The notes beneath the pieces were generated by a model. That model saw nothing but the letters and a program-made list of their open reading frames with translations, was not told where the DNA came from and made no database searches. The translations under genes and the position numbers were made by a program. DNA of 64,000 nt from Acidobacteriota bacterium (lineage in GTDB: Bacteria > Acidobacteriota > UBA890 > WLXD01): contig CAXWPH010000011.1 of the NCBI GenBank assembly GCA_963666055.2, positions 128,001 to 192,000 on the forward strand, given 5' to 3'. Shown piece after piece: positions 1-10,735 of the stretch. Position 1 is the first letter of the stretch; each line of letters begins with the position of its first letter.

Positions 1-452
1 GAAGTAAGTAGCAAGTAGAGGGATTCCGGCGTGGTGACGAGGATATGCGGCGGGGTCCTGAGCATGCGCTGCCGCTCGGACGACGGCGTATCGCCGCTAC
101 GTACGGCGGTGCGGATCTCGGCGCTCGACAGGCCGCGCGCCAGCAACTCGCAGGTGATCCCCTCGAGCGGCACCCTGAGGTTCTTGCGCACATCGTTGGA
201 CAGCGCCTTCAGCGGCGATACGTAGACCACTTGAGTGGCATCGTCGAGACTTCCATCGAGGCCTTGCCGCACCAAATCGTCGATCGCGGCGAGAAACGCG
301 GCCAGCGTCTTTCCCGACCCGGTCGGGGCTGCGATGAGGGTATGGCGGCCTGACCGAATCGCTGGCCAGCCCCGCACCTGCGGCTCGGTAGGGGTGTCGA
401 AGGTGCGCTGAAACCAGGCGCCGACGGCGGGGTGAAAGTTCTGCAGCGGCAT
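1..452 (-). CDS. lhr: Lhr-family DEAD/DEAH-box helicase, N-terminal part (runs off window)
   Basis: Manual translation from ATG at 452: [32 protein letters not shown]...APTGSGKT...[11 protein letters not shown]...ILVTTPESL (Q motif, Walker A, motifs Ia/Ib). Absent from the ORF track because there is no stop in the window. Confidence 0.9.
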   Translation of the reverse strand, partial: MPLQNFHPAVGAWFQRTFDTPTEPQVRGWPAIRSGRHTLIAAPTGSGKTLAAFLAAIDDLVRQGLDGSLDDATQVVYVSPLKALSNDVRKNLRVPLEGITCELLARGLSSAEIRTAVRSGDTPSSERQRMLRTPPHILVTTPESLYLLLT

Positions 453-608
453 GAGCGAAGTATATGCTTTGGGCCGCCGTGCCCCGCTGGCGGCGCGCCG
501 GGCAATACGGCCGGACCGCGGCAGATTGCGGCCGTGCGCCATTGGCGCCGTTGGCTACGACCGGGACGCGCGACGACTACACGCGATTCACTCGTTTGGG
601 AGCCGACC

Positions 609-2246
609 ATGCGCGGTCTGATGATGGACTATCAGCTAACGCTACCGATTCTCCTCGACCGCGCCGAGAGCCTCTATGCGCGTCGCGAAATCGTCTCGCG
701 CAGGCCGGACAAGTCAATCCACCGCTACACCGTCGGCGACTTCGCGCACCGGGCGCGACAACTCGCCGTGGCACTCCGGGAGCTTGGCATCGGCAAGGGC
801 GACCGCGTCGGCACCCTGGCGTGGAATCACTACCAACACTTGGAGGCATATCTCGGGGTGCCGGCAATGGGTGCTGTCCTCCACACGTTGAACCTCCGGC
901 TACACCCGGACGACCTCACCTACATCATCAACCACGCCGACGACCGGCTGATTCTCGCTGACGCCACCCTACTACCACTGCTCGAGAAGGTAATAGACCG
1001 GATCGATGTGGAGCGCATCGTGGTGATGTCACAGCTACCCGAAGGGGCCGCCGCCCCCCAGCTACCGGACGGCATGCTCGACTACGAGGCGCTGATCGCC
1101 GAGGCGAACCCGGACGACTACCGCGTCGCCGACCTGGACGAGAACGACGCGGCGGCCATGTGCTACACGTCAGGCACCACGGGGTTACCGAAGGGGGTGG
1201 TGTATTCCCATCGGTCGATGATCCTGCATGCCATGGCGCTGGGCCTGGCCGACATGTTCGGCATCAACGAGCGCAGCGTCATGCTGCCTGTGGTTCCGAT
1301 GTTCCACGTCAACGCCTGGGGCACGCCGTACGTCTGCTTGATGCTCGGCGCCAAGCAAGTGTTCCCGGGCCCTCATCTCGATCCGGAGAGCCTGTGCGAG
1401 CTGTTCGCCAGCGAGCAGGTAACCATCACTGCCGGTGTCCCGACGATCTGGATGGGGATCCTCGAACATCTCGACGCCGAGCCCGATCGTTATGACCTCA
1501 GTGCTCTGGATCTGATGATCGTGGGCGGCGCCGCCGCTCCGCCTGCCATGATCCAGGCGCTCGAAGAGCGCCACGACCTACAGGTGGTACACGCCTGGGG
1601 CATGACCGAGACATCTCCCCTGGGAACGATCTGTAAGATCGGGCCCGCCAACGATCAACTCGACCCCGATGAGCGCCTGGCGCTGCGCGCCAAGCAGGGA
1701 CGCATGTCCCCGCTGGTTGAGCTGCGCGCTCGTGGCGACGACAGACTGGTGCCCTGGGACGGGGCCACCATGGGAGAGCTCGAGATCCGCGGCCCGTGGG
1801 TCGCCAGCGCCTACTACGAAAGCGATCAGGGCAGCGAAAGCTTTACCGATGACGGTTGGTTTCGGACCGGGGACATCGTGAGCATCGATGAGCAAGGCTA
1901 CGTGCGCATCGAGGACCGATCGAAGGACCTCATCAAGTCGGGCGGCGAGTGGATCAGCTCGATCGCGCTCGAGAACGCCCTCATGGGCCACCCGAGCATC
2001 GCCGAGGCGGCGGTGATCCCAGTGGCACACCCGAAGTGGAGCGAGCGTCCGCTGGCGGTGGTGGTGCTGGTAGACGGACAGACGATGTCGCTCGAACAGA
2101 TGCGCGACTACCTACGCCCGCACTTCGCCAGCTGGTGGCTTCCGGACGCAATAGAGATCACCGACACCATTCCGCGAACCTCCACCGGCAAGTTCAAGAA
2201 GTTGATCTTGCGCGAGACCTACAAAGACTACGTGTTCGACTCATGA
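609..2246 (+). CDS. Long/medium-chain fatty acid--CoA ligase (AMP-binding, DmdB/LcfB-like)
   Basis: [47 protein letters not shown]; start [10 protein letters not shown]. Confidence 0.92.
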   Translation: MRGLMMDYQLTLPILLDRAESLYARREIVSRRPDKSIHRYTVGDFAHRARQLAVALRELGIGKGDRVGTLAWNHYQHLEAYLGVPAMGAVLHTLNLRLHPDDLTYIINHADDRLILADATLLPLLEKVIDRIDVERIVVMSQLPEGAAAPQLPDGMLDYEALIAEANPDDYRVADLDENDAAAMCYTSGTTGLPKGVVYSHRSMILHAMALGLADMFGINERSVMLPVVPMFHVNAWGTPYVCLMLGAKQVFPGPHLDPESLCELFASEQVTITAGVPTIWMGILEHLDAEPDRYDLSALDLMIVGGAAAPPAMIQALEERHDLQVVHAWGMTETSPLGTICKIGPANDQLDPDERLALRAKQGRMSPLVELRARGDDRLVPWDGATMGELEIRGPWVASAYYESDQGSESFTDDGWFRTGDIVSIDEQGYVRIEDRSKDLIKSGGEWISSIALENALMGHPSIAEAAVIPVAHPKWSERPLAVVVLVDGQTMSLEQMRDYLRPHFASWWLPDAIEITDTIPRTSTGKFKKLILRETYKDYVFDS

Positions 2247-3178
2247 GACCGATCGCCCCGGGGACGCATCTGATCGACTTGCGCTTTCGCGACAACCCCG
2301 AGTACCTCGGCTGCTACGTCATCGAGACCAGCGACGGCGTCGCGCTGGTGGATCCTGGCCCCACCTCGACGCTGGCGGCCCTCGAAGAGGGTCTGCGGCT
2401 CGGAGGCCTGTCGATCGACAATGTCAGCACGATTCTCCTCACCCACATCCACCTGGACCATGCCGGAGCCACCGGCACGCTGGTAGCTCGCAACCCGTCG
2501 ATCCGCGTTTACGTGCATCGCCGTGGGGCCCGACACATGATCGACCCGACGCGGCTACTGGCCAGCGCCGAGCGCGTCTACGGAGACATGATGGACGAGC
2601 TATGGGGCGAGTTCGTGGGAGTCGCAGAAGCCAATGTCGAATCGCTCGACGGTGGCGAGATCATCGACATCGGCGCTCGGAAGATCGTCGTAGAGCACAC
2701 GCCAGGCCACGCCAAGCATCACGTCGGCTACTTCGACCCGAGCACGGGCCTGGCCTATGTTGGCGACACGCTCGGCATCCGTATCGACAACCGTCCCTAC
2801 GTCATGCCGGCCACGCCCCCTGCGGACGTCGACCTTGCTGGATGGGAGGAATCCACGGCCAAGATCCGCGCCTGGAATCCTACTCTCCTGTGCCTCACCC
2901 ATTTCGGTCCCGCCCGCCCGGTGGCGCCGCACATTGACGAGCACGCGCGGCGGCTGGCCGACTGGGCGGCGATCGTGCGCGCCGATCTGCAGAGCGACAC
3001 CGATGACGACGAGGGGCACGTGGAACGTTTTCGTCGGCGCGTACGAAATGATCTCGAGGCGGCCCTGGCGGGCGACGTCGATGTGTATCTGAACGAAGGC
3101 GGGGCCGGCGACTCGTGGAGAGGGCTGGCGCGCTACTTCCGCAAGCTGGCAGAGGAGACACCAGGAGCCACAGGGTGA
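2243..3178 (+). CDS. MBL-fold metallo-hydrolase
   Basis: THIHLDHAG, HTPGHAKHH, GD, THFG; ATGA overlap with the ligase stop. Confidence 0.9.
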   Translation: MRPIAPGTHLIDLRFRDNPEYLGCYVIETSDGVALVDPGPTSTLAALEEGLRLGGLSIDNVSTILLTHIHLDHAGATGTLVARNPSIRVYVHRRGARHMIDPTRLLASAERVYGDMMDELWGEFVGVAEANVESLDGGEIIDIGARKIVVEHTPGHAKHHVGYFDPSTGLAYVGDTLGIRIDNRPYVMPATPPADVDLAGWEESTAKIRAWNPTLLCLTHFGPARPVAPHIDEHARRLADWAAIVRADLQSDTDDDEGHVERFRRRVRNDLEAALAGDVDVYLNEGGAGDSWRGLARYFRKLAEETPGATG

Positions 3179-4455
3179 TCGCCCCTGAGACCCCGGTAAA
3201 CGACCGCGACCGGCTGCAAGCGCTCTGGGCGCTGGAGATCCTCGACACGCCGGCCGAAGAGCGCTACGACCGCATTGTCAGGATTGCCGGCCTGACACTG
3301 GAGACACCCATCGTGTACCTCTCGTTCGTCGACGAGAACCGTCAGTGGCTGAAGGCGAACGTCGGCATGCCGCTTCGCGAAACCGACCGCAAGATCTCCT
3401 TCTGCGGCCATACCATCCTGGAAGATCGACCGCTGGTGATTCCCGACACCGCCCAGGATCCGCGGTTCCACGACAACCCGATGGTTACGGGCGACCCGTT
3501 TATCCGCTTCTACGCCGGCGTACCGTTGCGTAGCGTCGATGGACACAAGGTAGGCACGCTTTGTGTCGCCGACAACAAGCCGCGGAGCATGACCGACGCG
3601 TCGCTCGAGTTATTGGCGGAGTTCGCGGCGCTCGTAGAGCGTGAGCTGCAGCTAGTCGACGTGATCGACGCACAGCAACGTCTGCTCGAGATCCAGACGG
3701 CCTTGGCCGAGACTCGAAAGCACATGGCGGAGGAGCTCGCCAAGGCCGCCGGCTATGTGCGTGGACTACTGCCGAAGCCGCTAGAGAATCCCATCGGGAT
3801 CGACTGGCGACACCTCCCGTCGGCGCAGCTCGGCGGCGACATCTTCGACTACTTCCCGCTCGACGCCAGCCGCACGGCTATCTATCTGCTCGACGTGGCC
3901 GGGCACGGCGTCGGATCGGCGCTGCTGTCGGTCTCGCTGATGAACGTGGTGCGGTCTCGATCACTGCCCGGAGTGGACTTCTCGAAACCCGACGAGGTGC
4001 TGGCCGGATTGAACCGCGAGTTTCGCATGGCGGAACACGACAACAAGTTCTTCACCATGTGGTACGGCGTGTACGAGGAGGGAACGCGAAGCCTCACGCA
4101 TGCAAACGGCGGCCACCCGCCGCCGGTGTTGATCTACGATCGAGTCGACGGTCGCAACACATCGAAGCTCGAGGGCTCCGGCCTTATTGTGGGGGCGCTA
4201 CCGGAGGCGAGTTACGAGGCCTGCGTGCTGTCGATCCAGGAACCCTGCGCCCTGTACGTGTTCAGCGACGGCGTTTACGAGATCTTCCCACCCGGCGATG
4301 AAGACGCCGAGCACATGCTCGGCTACGACGGCTTCGCCGAGATCCTCACATCAGCGGACGGCGATCTCGATGCCGTCATCGAGCGGCTGCGCGAGTACGC
4401 CGGCGGCACATTCGACGACGACGTGTCGCTAATGCGACTGCGACTGGGCTCGTAA
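3175..4455 (+). CDS. GAF-domain PP2C/SpoIIE (RsbU-like) phosphatase
   Basis: GAF (ILDTPAEERYDRI, IRFYAGVPL) plus SpoIIE motifs GGDIFD, DVAGHGVGSAL, NGGHPP, SDG, DDVS. Confidence 0.9.
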   Translation: MIAPETPVNDRDRLQALWALEILDTPAEERYDRIVRIAGLTLETPIVYLSFVDENRQWLKANVGMPLRETDRKISFCGHTILEDRPLVIPDTAQDPRFHDNPMVTGDPFIRFYAGVPLRSVDGHKVGTLCVADNKPRSMTDASLELLAEFAALVERELQLVDVIDAQQRLLEIQTALAETRKHMAEELAKAAGYVRGLLPKPLENPIGIDWRHLPSAQLGGDIFDYFPLDASRTAIYLLDVAGHGVGSALLSVSLMNVVRSRSLPGVDFSKPDEVLAGLNREFRMAEHDNKFFTMWYGVYEEGTRSLTHANGGHPPPVLIYDRVDGRNTSKLEGSGLIVGALPEASYEACVLSIQEPCALYVFSDGVYEIFPPGDEDAEHMLGYDGFAEILTSADGDLDAVIERLREYAGGTFDDDVSLMRLRLGS

Positions 4456-4499
4456 GGCCCTGTCGCCCGGCCCGCCACACTTTCACCACGGCCTGCTAG
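4452..4499 (-). mobile_element. Isolated left end of the CTAG/TA MITE family
   Basis: Reverse complement CTAGCAGGCCGTGGTGAAAGTGTGGCGGGCCGGGCGACAGGG matches the left end of the elements at 36602 and 40461. Confidence 0.8.
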
Positions 4500-5968
4500 G
4501 TGACGCCCACCGTCAGCTTGCGGATCGGGATCGCGAACATGAAGAACAGCGCGCCCGTAGCGATCACGATCATCGCTACCGTGCTGAACAACTCCGCCAC
4601 CGGTAGCGTATCGATGTAGCCAGCGGCGAGGCCGGCGATCAGGTTGCCCAGTGCTGCGCCCATGAACCAGAGGCCCATCATCTGGCCCTGCAGCCGTTGC
4701 GGCGAGAGCTTCGTGGTGGCACTCAGCCCTACTGGGCTCAGGCACAGCTCGCCAACCGTGTGAAAGAAGTAGGTAACCACCAACCACATCGGGCTTACTT
4801 TACCCGCAACTGCGAACTGCGCCCCCCAGGCCAGCACCAGAAAGCCCACGCCCAGCAGCACGAGGCCGAGGCCGAACTTGATCGGTATCGAAGGGTTGCG
4901 TGAGCCCAGACGCACCCATAGCGCACCGACTACCGGTGCCAGCAGGATGATGAACGTCGGGTTGATGTTCTGCAGCATCGAAGCGGGTATCTCCCAACCG
5001 AAGATCACTCGGTCGGTGAAGTCGCGCGCGAACAGGTTGAGCGACGAGCCAGCCTGCTCGAATCCCGACCAGAACATCGCCGCGCCGACAAACAGAATGA
5101 AGATGGCGAAGACGCGCTTGCGCTCGGTGACGCCGCGGCACACGAACCCGATCACCCCGGCGAAGTAGGCAATCGACACCGCTGTGATGAGGACCCCGGT
5201 AACCTGCGCGAACCCCACCAAGGTAAGCGCTATCAGACCGCCGGCGCTCAACAGGAAGATGGCCACGGTCAGCGCCGCTACCAGGCCCAACCCGGTCAAG
5301 AACTGTCGCACCGAGGCGGCATGCACCTCCTGCGGTCGCGCCGCTTCCGGTAACTCACCGCAGCCCAACAGGTGTTGCTTGCCAGCGACGTACTGAATGA
5401 TCCCGAAAGTCATACCGATGCCGGCAGCCCCGAACCCCAGGTGCCAGTTATAACCCTCGCCCAGGAAAGAGCAGATCGTCGGTCCCAGAACCGCGCCGAT
5501 GTTGATTCCCATATAGAAGACCGAGAATCCCGCGTCGCGCCGGGCTCCACCTTCGGGATACAGGTCGCCGACGATCGCCGACACGTTGGGCTTCAGCAGG
5601 CCGGTGCCGACGACGATCAAGCAGAGCCCGAGATAGAAGGTAGAGGTCGACGGAATCGCCATCGAAAAGTGGCCGAGCGCGATGATGATGCCGCCGTACA
5701 ATACTGCTACTCGCTGACCGATCAGCCGGTCGGCGATCCAGCCGCCAGGAAGCGCCAGCGCATACACACCGAACACATACAGCCCGTAGATCGCCGCCGC
5801 CGTCGGCGTATCGAGCCCAAAGCCGCCTCGAACACTGTCGGTTAAATACAGGATCAGCAGCCCCCGCATGCCGTAGAAGCTGAACCGCTCCCACATCTCG
5901 GTGAAGAAGAGTGTGGACAGTCCTCGGGGATGCCCGAAAAACGTCGCTCCGGCAGCTTCAGAGCTCAA
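4496..5968 (-). CDS. POT/PTR-family proton-dependent oligopeptide MFS transporter
   Basis: FFGHPRGL, TEMWERFSFYGMR (ExxERF), GTGLLKPN, FYMGINIG, GELCLSP. Exact start codon uncertain. Confidence 0.93.
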   Translation of the reverse strand: MSSEAAGATFFGHPRGLSTLFFTEMWERFSFYGMRGLLILYLTDSVRGGFGLDTPTAAAIYGLYVFGVYALALPGGWIADRLIGQRVAVLYGGIIIALGHFSMAIPSTSTFYLGLCLIVVGTGLLKPNVSAIVGDLYPEGGARRDAGFSVFYMGINIGAVLGPTICSFLGEGYNWHLGFGAAGIGMTFGIIQYVAGKQHLLGCGELPEAARPQEVHAASVRQFLTGLGLVAALTVAIFLLSAGGLIALTLVGFAQVTGVLITAVSIAYFAGVIGFVCRGVTERKRVFAIFILFVGAAMFWSGFEQAGSSLNLFARDFTDRVIFGWEIPASMLQNINPTFIILLAPVVGALWVRLGSRNPSIPIKFGLGLVLLGVGFLVLAWGAQFAVAGKVSPMWLVVTYFFHTVGELCLSPVGLSATTKLSPQRLQGQMMGLWFMGAALGNLIAGLAAGYIDTLPVAELFSTVAMIVIATGALFFMFAIPIRKLTVGVT

Positions 5969-6096
5969 ACTGACCTCCGATCGTCATCCCAGACATGAGT
6001 GTCCAAACGCAACCCGCCACCGGCGGCGGCCGACTCCATCACGAACAACCCGATCGGCCCGAGAGCCTATCACCCCAGCTTCACGGCGTGCCTGAA

Positions 6097-7150
6097 TCAA
6101 TCGCGGCCGCTAGGAAGATCGGTGCTGCTTCGCCGCTCCCGCATGGTCTTCTCGATGTCGATTCCGGTCGCGGTCTTGAGCTGCTCCAGCATAGCCACGG
6201 CACTGCCTGTGAGGTTGTTGACGAAGCTCGGGATCCCCTTGCCGTCGCCGCTGTCGACTATCGTCAACTTGTCGATCGTTAGGTTGTCGGCGATCACCCG
6301 GGTGACCTTGTCGAGTAGCTCCGGCAGCAGCTGGATCAGGAACAGATCGTGGGTCTCCCCGTCCTGCCACTGCTCCCGCATCAACTCGACTGCTCCGGCT
6401 GTGGCCCGCCCGTCTTCCAGAATCCTCGCCGCGTGCCCCTCGGCCTCGAGCATGAGCGCCTGCTGTCGCGCCCGGGCGGGCACGACGGTGTCGGCCTCCT
6501 CTCGCTTGGCACTGACCTCGGCACGCGTGCCCTGGAGCTCGACCTCCTGCTGGGCTCTGGCGATGATCCCAGCGAGCTCGGCGTACTGCTCTGCCCGGTT
6601 CGACTCGGCTTTGAGCTCGGCGCGCCGGACGGCGAGGACGTTCGCCGACTCCACAACCGCAAGCTCGGCCTCGATCTCGGCCTGCCGGCCGACACGCCCC
6701 TGCTGTGCAGCGACGCTGCGAGCTTCCGCCTCGGCCTGCGCTTCAGCAATCTTCGCATCTCGATCGACCTCCGCGACCTTCTTGCGACCGATGGCCTCGA
6801 GGTAACCCTGCTCGTCGTAGACGCTCTCGATCTGAAAAATATCGAGAACGATGCCGAGCTGACTCAGATCTGCCCGAGCCCGCTCGGTTACCTGTTCGGC
6901 AAGCTGCAGCCGCTGGGCGTTGGCTTCTTCCGGGCTGACCGTCGCGAGTACGCCGCGGAGGGCGCCCTCGAGGGTCTGCTGGGCCGTCCGCGCTACCGCA
7001 TCGAAGCCTTTGCCCAGGAAACGTTCCACTGCGGCCTCGAGCCCTTCCTCCTCGCGACCTGCGAGCTTGATGTTGGCGTGGGCCTCGATACTGACCGGAA
7101 TCATGCCGGCGCACATCGCCTTTGCCAAGCGCAGCTGGACCGGATGGCTG
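6097..7150 (-). pseudogene. Flotillin/SPFH-domain protein lacking its N-terminus
   Basis: ANIK, AVERFLG, TLEGALRGVLAT, GYLEAIGRK and an AEA-rich coiled coil. The TM/N-terminal segment is replaced by unrelated sequence. Confidence 0.75.
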
Positions 7151-7151
7151 G

Positions 7152-7346
7152 TCAGCGAAAGCCACCGTATGTGAGGTACATCAGGTCGGGGTCGCTCGGG
7201 TCGTACGTCACCCAGGTCGCCCACGCCTTGCTGGGCCGTCGCCGGGGCCAGAAGGTGCCGGCCTCAGCCACAAGCGCGTCCTCGGTGATGTGAACGAAGC
7301 CCTTCTCCGTCGCCACCGCGACGCGACGCGAATCGGATGGCGCCAC
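7152..7346 (-). pseudogene. Internal fragment of a beta-propeller (BNR-repeat-like) protein
   Basis: VAVATEKGFVH...WVTYDPSDPDLMYLTYGGF resembles a propeller blade; flanked by a MITE and the flotillin fragment. Confidence 0.4.
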
Positions 7347-7369
7347 CGCGATTGCGCTGGCCCTGCCGC

Positions 7370-7500
7370 GGTACTGTCAAGTTAAGCTGATTCTTGCCCG
7401 CTTAGGCGCCTCGCCCAGACCGCAAACGCCCGAATACCAGGGGTTTCCTGTCCTACGGGTCACGCGTTTCTTGCCGATTTCGAGTTAACTTGACAGTACC
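7370..7500. mobile_element. 131-bp MITE with IS6-type terminal inverted repeats
   Basis: Perfect 16-bp TIR GGTACTGTCAAGTTAA / TTAACTTGACAGTACC, similar to the TIR of the IS6 remnant at 24311. Confidence 0.8.
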
Positions 7501-7503
7501 ACG

Positions 7504-9729
7504 TCAAGGCGTAGCGATGGCAACAATGTGTTCCTGCATGCGGAAGATCATCATGCCGTGGGCAATCGCCGGGGTTGCCATGATCGGCTCACCCATCTGA
7601 TTGACGGCCAGCCGTTCGAACTCCGGACCGGCCTTGACGACGATCACTTCGCCGTCCTCGTTCGCGAAGTAGATCTTGCCGTCAGCGGCGACCGGCGACG
7701 CGGAGTAGTTGCGGCCCCGGGTGATCCGCGATTGATAGATTCGCTCTCCCGTCTCCGCCTGGTACGCGGCGAGGATGCCACCGGAGCGAAGGACATACAG
7801 GAGGTCTCCATAGACGATTGGCGTCGGGATGACGGCGCCCCCGCGCCGCTTGCTCCAGGCGACTGAATCGTTGGAGATCTCGTTGTCCGCCAGCGTGATA
7901 TCGCCGCTCGCCCCGGGACGGATGGCGTAGATGGGCTCTACCGTGCCGTAGCCACTCGTCACGAAGATCAGACCGTTTCCGGCAATCGGCGTGGGCGTCG
8001 GAAAGTCGCCGTGTAACCCCAGCCTCCAGAGCTCCTGCCCGGTTTCGGGATCGTAGCCGCGCGCGTACCTGATCGCCGCGGTGACCAGCTCGACGCGTGT
8101 GGCGCCCTCATAGACGAAGGGCGTAGGCCAGGACGGGTACTCATCACGTTCGGTGCGCCAGACCTCCTCGCCCGTCGAGACGTCGAGCGCCAAGAGATAC
8201 GCCTCGTCGATCCCGTCCGCCTGCAGGACGACCAGGTTCTTGTAGATGATCGGCGAGCTCGCCGTGTTCCACTCGTATCCCGGATCAAAATAGCGACCCG
8301 ATGGGAGCGCTCCGAGGTCCTTGGACCACAGCAGGTTGCCGTCGACGTCATAGCAGTAGACCCCTTCGGACCCGAACCACGCCACGACGTGCGTGCCATC
8401 CGTGGCCGGCGTCTGATTGGCATGTGATGCCATGACGTGGCGCGCCGTTCGCGGCACCGCCTCGCGAGCCACCCGCTCCCAGAGAACCTCACCACTGTCC
8501 CGGTCGAGCGCCACCACGCGCCAGGAATACGTTACGTCTTCCTTGACGTAGGCCAGGACCCCCGAACGCACGACCTCCGAGAAATCGCGGAAGGTCGCCG
8601 CGACGCCCTCGCTAGGGACGGCGGTGGTGACGAAGATTCGATCGCCCCACACGATGGGGCTCGAATGGCCGAGTCCGGGAATCGGCGTTTTCCAGGCAAC
8701 GTTGACCCCCTGCTCCACGTCCCACTCGGTCGGCGGGTTGGTGCCATCGGCGACGCCCGAACCGCCTGGACCACGAAACGAGGACCACTCCCGGGCGCCA
8801 TACACCGGCGCCGCGGCATGCGGGCTACTCTTGGCGCGGTCGCCAATCGGCGCGGTTCTCTGCCGTTCCGTGACCGGAGCAGTCCAGAGGAAGACCTCGG
8901 AGCTGTTTCCTTCCGATACAACCAGCTCGGATGGCGGTAAGGTCGTTCCCCGCAGCTCGGCGACCGCCGTTCGGTCAAGCGACCGCAGGATGGTCAGAGT
9001 GGCAGGCACGAGCATCAAATCGCCACGATCGGCGCGTTCGAGGATGAGCTCGCCGGCCTCGACGCCCCGCCGGAGCGTCACCGTCGCTCCGCTCTGAGCC
9101 CGATAGACACCCTCGAGTTGCTCCAATCTCTCTGCTGTATTGAAACGATCCACCGCTGTCGGCTCTTCCGCACCCTCCGCGATGAGGAACGCGGCGAGCT
9201 CGGCGTGCTGTCCCTGCTGCGCTGCGCCGAGTGCGGCGTTCAGATACGACGGGTGCGCGCCGCCTCGCGCGACGATCGTTCGCACCGCGTCGAAGTAGCC
9301 CCCCCAGATGAGCTGAACGAGCGCCTCGCCTTCGGTGCCACCCCCGTGGTCGAGCAGCAACCTGACGATCTCCGCCCTGGCCTCGGGCGCCGCGACGTCG
9401 GTGTTGGAGCCGGCGGCCAGCTGAAGCGGGGTCTTGCCCCATGGCGATCGGCCTCGTGACGTCGGGTTCGAGTCCGGATGGGCACCGTTCTCGAGCAGCA
9501 GCCGCACGAGGTCGTCTCGACCCCAATCTGCGGCGCTGTAGAGCGCAGTAACACCGAAGCCATTGTCAGCGTTGATGTTCGCGCCCCGATCAAGGAGAAC
9601 CTCGACTTTGGCCAGGTCACCCGCCGCCGCCGCCGCCACGAGCTGCTTGTCTAGATCCGCAGCTTGCGGCGCCGCCTGCGCACAGAGCAGCGGAAACACC
9701 AGCGCAAACAACCACCACCGGTATCGCAT
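7504..9729 (-). CDS. Exported ankyrin-repeat + PQQ-like beta-propeller protein
   Basis: Signal peptide MRYRWWLFALVF; ankyrin repeats (GANINADNGFGVTALYSAA, GKTPLQLAA); WSSFRGPGGSG, WKTPIPGLGHSSPIVWGDRIF, SASPVAADGKIY. Confidence 0.85.
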   Translation of the reverse strand: MRYRWWLFALVFPLLCAQAAPQAADLDKQLVAAAAAGDLAKVEVLLDRGANINADNGFGVTALYSAADWGRDDLVRLLLENGAHPDSNPTSRGRSPWGKTPLQLAAGSNTDVAAPEARAEIVRLLLDHGGGTEGEALVQLIWGGYFDAVRTIVARGGAHPSYLNAALGAAQQGQHAELAAFLIAEGAEEPTAVDRFNTAERLEQLEGVYRAQSGATVTLRRGVEAGELILERADRGDLMLVPATLTILRSLDRTAVAELRGTTLPPSELVVSEGNSSEVFLWTAPVTERQRTAPIGDRAKSSPHAAAPVYGAREWSSFRGPGGSGVADGTNPPTEWDVEQGVNVAWKTPIPGLGHSSPIVWGDRIFVTTAVPSEGVAATFRDFSEVVRSGVLAYVKEDVTYSWRVVALDRDSGEVLWERVAREAVPRTARHVMASHANQTPATDGTHVVAWFGSEGVYCYDVDGNLLWSKDLGALPSGRYFDPGYEWNTASSPIIYKNLVVLQADGIDEAYLLALDVSTGEEVWRTERDEYPSWPTPFVYEGATRVELVTAAIRYARGYDPETGQELWRLGLHGDFPTPTPIAGNGLIFVTSGYGTVEPIYAIRPGASGDITLADNEISNDSVAWSKRRGGAVIPTPIVYGDLLYVLRSGGILAAYQAETGERIYQSRITRGRNYSASPVAADGKIYFANEDGEVIVVKAGPEFERLAVNQMGEPIMATPAIAHGMMIFRMQEHIVAIATP

Positions 9730-9745
9730 TGTGCAAGCGGACCGA

Positions 9746-10198
9746 TTAGCGCCCACCAACGGCGTGGTATTCGATCCACAACTCCGCGATCTTGCCGTTC
9801 TCTATCCGTAAGAGATCGAGGCCTACGAAAACGGATGTGTCTCCCTCGGCCGAGACGGCGGTCATCTTCCAGCGAAACGCCACCAGGTTTCCCTCTGCCA
9901 TGGAGTTGGCGTGGTCAAACGTCATGCCACCGGGGAAGAACTCGGCGTCGCTGACGGCGATCTCCCTCGCGCCTTCAGGGCCGACGAACTCACGGGGCCC
10001 GTTGTGGATCTTGGCATCTGCGGCGAACAGTTCCTCGACTAGGTCCAGGTTCTGTCCCTGGATGACCTCCTTGTGGAACCGGTCGGCGAGCACCTTGTTG
10101 CGCTCCAGGGCCGAGTGGCCCTGGGCGGCGGCAGTCGCTGCCTGCATCGCGACGCCGAGCAACACCAAGGACACGACGAGAAAGAACGCTCTCTTCAT
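9746..10198 (-). CDS. Exported SnoaL-like/ester cyclase (NTF2 fold)
   Basis: Signal peptide; ERNKVLADRF, AEGNLVAFRW, LLRIENGKIAELW. Confidence 0.8.
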   Translation of the reverse strand: MKRAFFLVVSLVLLGVAMQAATAAAQGHSALERNKVLADRFHKEVIQGQNLDLVEELFAADAKIHNGPREFVGPEGAREIAVSDAEFFPGGMTFDHANSMAEGNLVAFRWKMTAVSAEGDTSVFVGLDLLRIENGKIAELWIEYHAVGGR

Positions 10199-10260
10199 TG
10201 CCTCTACCCTCCTCGAACGTCGACGCGGCGGCCGGGCCTCGTCATGGATGTAAGTGCGTG

Positions 10261-10728
10261 TCATTGCTTATCCAAGTGCAGCTCTTGGTGGATGCTGCCA
10301 TCGCCCTCGTACCAGACGATTCGCATCGTCATCCCGTCTTCTGACACCTGACGCATGATCATGCTGTTCATCTTACCGTTGGCGTTCTGCCCGATCCGCA
10401 GCTCGGATCGCTCGTCCATCCGCACCATCATCACCTTCCCGCGACCCGGCTCGCCGGTCTCGGGATTCCGTGTGGCATGCCACTTCCCATCGTTGTAGGG
10501 CGCCGTGTACTCGCTCCGATACCGTGTGCCATCGGCGAAGGTGATGTCGTTGGTGGCGTGCTCGATGTTGTTGGAGACTTCGAGAACCACCAGCTCCGCC
10601 TCTGGCAGCCCTTCGCCGCTAGACTTCGCCAGATCGACTTTCCAGGTGCCGTTGAGAGGATCTTCCTGGGCGTGGGCGGTTCCGACGAACGCGAAACACA
10701 ACACCAGGCTTACTACCAATCTTTTCAT
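10261..10728 (-). CDS. Exported hypothetical protein (lipocalin-like beta fold)
   Basis: Signal peptide AHA|QEDPLNGTWKVDLAKS, RQVSEDGMTM; co-oriented in an operon. Confidence 0.7.
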   Translation of the reverse strand: MKRLVVSLVLCFAFVGTAHAQEDPLNGTWKVDLAKSSGEGLPEAELVVLEVSNNIEHATNDITFADGTRYRSEYTAPYNDGKWHATRNPETGEPGRGKVMMVRMDERSELRIGQNANGKMNSMIMRQVSEDGMTMRIVWYEGDGSIHQELHLDKQ

Positions 10729-10735
10729 AGTGCCC